64,000 nt of DNA, taken from assembly GCA_965208125.1 (NCBI GenBank), contig OZ242320.1, forward strand, positions 5,683,751-5,747,750. The letters are read 5' to 3'. Each line of letters starts with the position of its first letter. The first letter of the stretch is position 1. The notes beneath the pieces were generated by a model. The model saw only the letters and a program-made list of their open reading frames with translations. It was not told where the DNA came from and made no database searches. A program made the position numbers and the translations under genes. This stretch comes from Candidatus Latescibacterota bacterium (lineage in GTDB: Bacteria > Latescibacterota > UBA2968). Shown here in pieces: positions 59,480-64,000 of the stretch.

Positions 59480-61204
59480 TTACGCTGTGAAGAAAGCGAC
59501 GACGGTCCAGCAGATTGCGGCCATGCCAGCGGCAATGGAGGCTTGTGGGATTTGCGTTTTGACGTGATCCATTAAGTCGCAACCCGTACACATAGAACTG
59601 AGAACCGTGGTATCTGAAATGGGCGAGCACTGATCGCCGTAAACACTACCGTCTATGACAGCGGCAAAACACAGCGTCATAAAAAGTTCGGGGTGCGACA
59701 GACCATTTGCCGTGGCAACCGCCCAGGCCAATGGCATAGCCAGTGGGAAAGCCACCGCATACGTGCCCCAACTCGTACCTGTGGAAAAGGCAATCGCCAT
59801 CGTGAGAAGCTGGAGCAAAACCGGCAAAATGAAGTATGGAATGGTATCCCCGAGTTGTTCAACCAAAAAGATGCCCCCGCCCGTTTCCTTGCTGATACCG
59901 CCTATAGTGATGGCGAGCAAGAGAATAACCGAGCCGAGCACCACACCTTTGAGACCATCGTGAAATCCTGAAACGATATCCTTAAGCGACATGCCCTTGG
60001 CAAGAGCCATACCCACGGCTATCAAAAGCGCGATGCCAAAAGCCCATTGCACGTTGGGAGATCCGCTGATGATAAAAGTCCCAATAGCAATGGCGATAAG
60101 CGCGCCCAGAGGCAGGAAAAATTCGAGAACATGCGGCGTATAACCTTCGGGCACATTGCTTCCCTGCAGTTCTTTGGCACTCAAAGGATCGGCATCATCG
60201 GCGTCGAGTTGGCCCGTCTCCCGAGAGCGCTGCATAGCCTCCTTGAGTTGCTTGCCCAAAAAGAGGGGTTTTTCAATACTGAGCAAGAACGTGCCCAACA
60301 CAGCGAAAATGGCGTAGAAGCAGAATGGGACACTCTTAAAGAAGAAGAGAAGGCGGTCGGCTTCGGTAGCTAAAAAACTGACGCCAGCGACAAAGATAAA
60401 TGCCTGAACATAGCCCGGCCAGGCGTTAAAAGCGAGTTGTGAAGCAATTGGTGAAGCGGTCGAATCAACGATGTACGCAAGTTCTTCGTGGCTGATTTTT
60501 TCCTCATCGGCAATGGGTTTGACAGTTGTACCGACCAGCACTGTACTGACAGTGCCGCCCTGGAAGAAGATGACACCGAGCATCCAGGCGACGAGCTTGG
60601 CGCTCTTGGGACCGCGCACAAAACGCACAGTCATAAATTCGGCAAAAGCTTGCGCCGCACCCGTGCGCGACCATATCCCCATAAGCCCACCCAGGAGCCA
60701 CAAATAGAGCAATAAGATACTCGCGGCATTTGTCGTTGATAATGAGGGGATTAAGACCTCGCCCGTAAAGTCATAGCGGGTCAAAATAAGCGCGCCCGAA
60801 ATAATACCACCCAAAAGAGCTGTGACGGGTTCTTTGGTAATCCAGCACAAGAGCACGGCTACCACCGCGGGCAGCAGTGACCAGTAGCCCCAGTGGTGTT
60901 TTGCAAGAAGCTGTTTGTATTTTGTTTCTCCGTTTTCTACGAAGGAGACAAATTCTTCTTTGATGGGAGGCGTTTCGCTGGAGCCGTGTATTCTTGAGGG
61001 ATTGAGTTGGGCTTGTTCAATCGGCACCGCATCGAAGTAGGCGGGTTTACCTCTGTAGATGTAATATAGCTGGCCGCTGTCGTCTGTGAGAACATCTAAA
61101 GTGATTTGCTCAACAGTCCATGTAGGCGGCACAGATGACCCCACGATCCACGATACAATTATGGCGACAACAAAAATGACAAAATTGCGGATACCTGTAG
61201 GCAT
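59480..61204 (-). CDS. Na+/H+ antiporter NhaC-family transporter
   Basis: [50 protein letters not shown]. Confidence 0.85.
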   Translation of the reverse strand: MPTGIRNFVIFVVAIIVSWIVGSSVPPTWTVEQITLDVLTDDSGQLYYIYRGKPAYFDAVPIEQAQLNPSRIHGSSETPPIKEEFVSFVENGETKYKQLLAKHHWGYWSLLPAVVAVLLCWITKEPVTALLGGIISGALILTRYDFTGEVLIPSLSTTNAASILLLYLWLLGGLMGIWSRTGAAQAFAEFMTVRFVRGPKSAKLVAWMLGVIFFQGGTVSTVLVGTTVKPIADEEKISHEELAYIVDSTASPIASQLAFNAWPGYVQAFIFVAGVSFLATEADRLLFFFKSVPFCFYAIFAVLGTFLLSIEKPLFLGKQLKEAMQRSRETGQLDADDADPLSAKELQGSNVPEGYTPHVLEFFLPLGALIAIAIGTFIISGSPNVQWAFGIALLIAVGMALAKGMSLKDIVSGFHDGLKGVVLGSVILLLAITIGGISKETGGGIFLVEQLGDTIPYFILPVLLQLLTMAIAFSTGTSWGTYAVAFPLAMPLAWAVATANGLSHPELFMTLCFAAVIDGSVYGDQCSPISDTTVLSSMCTGCDLMDHVKTQIPQASIAAGMAAICWTVVAFFTA

Positions 61205-61458
61205 AGACTTCCTCCGAAATAAGGGTCTAAAAAACGCGACGAGAAGGCGCACCAAAATAAACCGAGAAAATGCACTTGTCAATTGCTTTGGCACGGGATA
61301 AACACGGGAAAATGGGATAAAACAAGTTGACTTTGTACATAAGTTTGTTACATTATCTTCAAATTTATCCCTTGGCCATGATCACCCCTATTTATGGCCG
61401 AAAGGGTTGTGTGCATGGCGAAATTTTTTTTAAAGACGCCGGTGGAGAGGAGGGTTTT

Positions 61459-61650
61459 ATGGAGCAAGCATTTCCACAGTGTTTGAAGTGCAACACGGGT
61501 ATTTTGATACCGCTGTCGGATTATGGGCGCGATGGGGCATCTATCATGTACAAGGCATGGGTATGCAACAATCCCAACTGCGGATTTAATTTGCGGATTG
61601 ACAACGGTGAAATTAGCACGGGTCGGAATATTACCGAGTCCTACAAGTAG
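61459..61650 (+). CDS. 63-aa zinc-ribbon small protein
   Basis: GAGGAGG RBS; CLKC...CNNPNC; strong downstream terminator. Confidence 0.7.
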   Translation: MEQAFPQCLKCNTGILIPLSDYGRDGASIMYKAWVCNNPNCGFNLRIDNGEISTGRNITESYK

Positions 61651-61655
61651 AGCTA

Positions 61656-61698
61656 CCATTTCGGTGGGGAATACCCCGCCGAAATGGTTGTTTTTTTT
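61656..61698 (+). terminator. Rho-independent terminator
   Basis: ACCATTTCGGTGGGG-AATA-CCCCGCCGAAATGGT followed by a T run. Confidence 0.8.
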
Positions 61699-61811
61699 CT
61701 CACCGGTTTGCCGTTTCACCTTCTCCCAATAAGGGCGGCACCGGTTTCTTTCTCTTTCCCCTTCGTCTGTCGATACACTCCCCTCATTTTCCCAACAGCT
61801 AATACGTACTT

Positions 61812-62861
61812 ATGAGCATTTCTGATCGGCCCATTTTAGGTATTGAAACATCCTGCGACGAAACTGCAGCTGCCGTGGTAGCCGATGGACATATCTATTC
61901 CAACACAATTTTTTCTCAAACAGAACACAGCCTCTACGGTGGCGTAGTGCCCGAATTGGCATCTCGCAACCATATACGAACACTCCTGCCCGTCGTCGAT
62001 CGGGCACTTTCAGAAGCCGACCTGAAACTGGATGACTTAGGTGGTATTGCTGTGACACAGGGACCCGGCCTGGTGGGTTGCCTGCTGGTGGGCATTTCCA
62101 TAGGCAAAGGGCTTGCACTCGGTTCGGGGCTACCCCTTGTGGGTGTGCATCACATCGAAGGACATTTATTTGCAGGCAGTATGGCGCATCCCGACCTGGT
62201 GCCGCCCTTTATGGCACTGGTGGCTTCGGGAGGGCATACGGAATTGATTTATGTCTGTGCATGGGGCAATTACGAGCGCTGGGGGCGCACGCGCGACGAT
62301 GCCGCAGGCGAAGCATTTGATAAAGTGGCTAAAATATTGGGGCTATTGCGCGAGGGAGAGGTCACTATGGGCGGACCGCGTATTTCGATGCTTGCCGAAG
62401 AGGGGAATCCCGACGCCTTTGATTTTCCGCGTGCGTTGATCAACAATCCGGGATTTGATTTTAGTTTTAGCGGGTTAAAAACGTCTGTACTCTATCGGAT
62501 TCGCGATCTCGCCGTAGAAGATATTGAAACTATCCGAGCGAATATTGCGGCGAGTTTTCAGGCGGCTGTAGTAGATGTGCTGGTGGATAAGACAGTCAGA
62601 GCAGCGCGAGAAGCAGGTACAGAGCGTGTATTGCTTTCGGGTGGAGTCGCCGCCAATCGCGCGCTGCGGGCGCAACTCGATGACAAAGCCTCCAAACTCG
62701 GGATGGGTGTATTTTATCCGCCTACGGCCCTGTGTACAGACAATGCGGCGATGATTGCTGGCGCAGGTGCTTTTCGCTTGGCCCGAGGTGAAGTTGCCAG
62801 GGGTAATTTGAATGCGGCCCCGCGGTTGCCGCTGCCTGGGCTGCGCGAGCGGCAGGTATAA
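61812..62861 (+). CDS. tsaD: tRNA N6-threonylcarbamoyladenosine transferase
   Basis: LGIETSCDET, GGVVPELASR, HHIEGH, SGGHT, DDAAGEAFDK, SFSGLKT, TDNAAMI. Confidence 0.97.
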   Translation: MSISDRPILGIETSCDETAAAVVADGHIYSNTIFSQTEHSLYGGVVPELASRNHIRTLLPVVDRALSEADLKLDDLGGIAVTQGPGLVGCLLVGISIGKGLALGSGLPLVGVHHIEGHLFAGSMAHPDLVPPFMALVASGGHTELIYVCAWGNYERWGRTRDDAAGEAFDKVAKILGLLREGEVTMGGPRISMLAEEGNPDAFDFPRALINNPGFDFSFSGLKTSVLYRIRDLAVEDIETIRANIAASFQAAVVDVLVDKTVRAAREAGTERVLLSGGVAANRALRAQLDDKASKLGMGVFYPPTALCTDNAAMIAGAGAFRLARGEVARGNLNAAPRLPLPGLRERQV

Positions 62862-62863
62862 CA

Positions 62864-64000
62864 ATGCTGCGCGATATTGGGTTTTCCCTCTCAGACGGAT
62901 GGCTGCTATTACTCGTTGGCTGCGCCGGAATTTATCTCGCTTTTTTAATGTATCGCTCGCGCCTTACGGGCATACACCAATTGTTGTTGGGCGTACGCGT
63001 CGCGGCACTCGTTTTGTTAATTGGCCTTTTAATGGAGCCGATGCTTTCGCTGACGTTGCACACGCAGCGTTTGCCCTTGGTCGCCGTGCTCATCGACGAC
63101 AGCGAAAGCATGAAAATAGCAGATGGCGATACCGCGCGTTTTGAAGTTGCAAAAGCCGTGCTAACCGATCCCACACTCAAAAATTTGCGTGCTCGCGCAC
63201 GGGTGACGCAGTTTCGGTTTTCCGATGTTTTAACGCCCCTGCGAGATAGTGAAGAACTTACCTGGGCGGGGCGAGCGACTGATCTGGCAGGTGCATTAGA
63301 TGGGTTGCGCGAGCGTACAATGGGTGAAGGGCTTGCTGCTGTGGTGCTCATCTCAGACGGCGGACAAAATTTGGGTGGGCGCCCCGAGCGAGCAGCGGTC
63401 GATCTGGGCGCGCCTGTACTCGCGGTGGGAACAGGGGATCCGATTCCCCCTAAAGATGTGTCCATTGTATCGGTGGTTATAGATCCTCTGGGCTATGTGG
63501 GCAGGTCACTTGTGATGCAAGTCCGCGTGCTTTCTTCCGGATTTGAACGGGTGCGCGAGCAGGTGCGCGTGCTCTTGAATAATCGGGAAGTGAGTGCCCA
63601 AACCATTGCGCTGTCCGATGGCGAACAGACCCTTGAATTTGAGATCAGACCCGAGCGATCCGGGCGGCATGTATTTTCGGTACAGATTGCGGCACAGGCA
63701 GGTGAGCGTACAGTGGGCAACAACCGCGTAGTGGCCTCGACAGATGTGCTCGAAAGCCGCGTGCGAATTTTAATACTTGCGGGCAGTCCGAGTGCCGACC
63801 TGGGCTATTTGCGGCGCGTGCTACAGGAAGATGTCAACCTGGAAGTTGAAGTGCTGGTACGCACGTTGACAGCCGGGTGGCAAAGAGATGTGCATCGCGT
63901 GCTGCGCTCATTGGATGAGCGCGATATTGTCGCGTTGATCAACGCGCCCTACGAAGCACTTGCAGGTATGCCAGAGCAGGCACTTGTCGCCTTTGTGCAA
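62864..64000 (+). CDS. vWA-domain membrane protein, 3'-truncated by the window
   Basis: Manual translation from ATG 62864: two TM helices, LIDDSESM (DxSxS), TDLAGAL, VVLISDG; absent from the ORF track, consistent with running off the edge. Confidence 0.75.
   Translation, partial: MLRDIGFSLSDGWLLLLVGCAGIYLAFLMYRSRLTGIHQLLLGVRVAALVLLIGLLMEPMLSLTLHTQRLPLVAVLIDDSESMKIADGDTARFEVAKAVLTDPTLKNLRARARVTQFRFSDVLTPLRDSEELTWAGRATDLAGALDGLRERTMGEGLAAVVLISDGGQNLGGRPERAAVDLGAPVLAVGTGDPIPPKDVSIVSVVIDPLGYVGRSLVMQVRVLSSGFERVREQVRVLLNNREVSAQTIALSDGEQTLEFEIRPERSGRHVFSVQIAAQAGERTVGNNRVVASTDVLESRVRILILAGSPSADLGYLRRVLQEDVNLEVEVLVRTLTAGWQRDVHRVLRSLDERDIVALINAPYEALAGMPEQALVAFVQ

Noticed and set aside
61279-61296. TTGGCACG as a third sigma54 promoter
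   Set aside because: No GC at the -12 position (GG-N10-AC)
62812-63723. Short ORFs listed at the window end
   Set aside because: Explained by the open vWA-protein frame starting at 62864

Overview
Bacterial chromosomal window. The backbone is roughly 50% GC by eye, and LptD plus Omp85 genes indicate a diderm. The gene mix (sulfatases, sterol-modifying enzymes) is compatible with an uncultured host-associated lineage such as a sponge symbiont, but that is inference only. Layout: (1) 1-8.4 kb surface cluster: HipA/CotH-like kinase-fold protein, PlpD-like patatin-Omp85, kinase-like-Omp85 fusion, DUF4956, SdiA-regulated/YjiK protein. (2) 8.5-15.4 kb: two sulfatases, MFS, DUF1015, geranylgeranyl reductase family. 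(3) 15.4-26.0 kb AT-rich putative defence island bounded by a 29-bp direct repeat that includes the glyA 3' end. It holds an RtcR/CARF-like sigma54 activator, two matching sigma54 promoters, two paralogous ABC-ATPase + PLD-like pairs with a shared ~150-bp leader, a mini GIY-YIG, an unannotated Fst/Ldr-like peptide, and a PD-(D/E)XK nuclease with an antitoxin-like tail followed by RelE. (4) glyA under a ZTP riboswitch, and a dtd-maf-rodZ-priA-flippase operon. (5) 33.8-42.8 kb GC-rich island with RND transporter, GPP34-cytochrome P450 fusion, sterol-24-C-methyltransferase-like and Neverland/KshA-like Rieske oxygenase, flanked by duplicated lptD pieces. (6) lptD, tRNA-Leu(TAG), lysA and housekeeping/metabolic genes through tsaD, ending in a truncated vWA membrane protein. 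The best candidates for undescribed systems are the sigma54-controlled ATPase/PLD defence island and the sterol-tailoring island. All family calls come from motif recognition by eye; no database searches were run.
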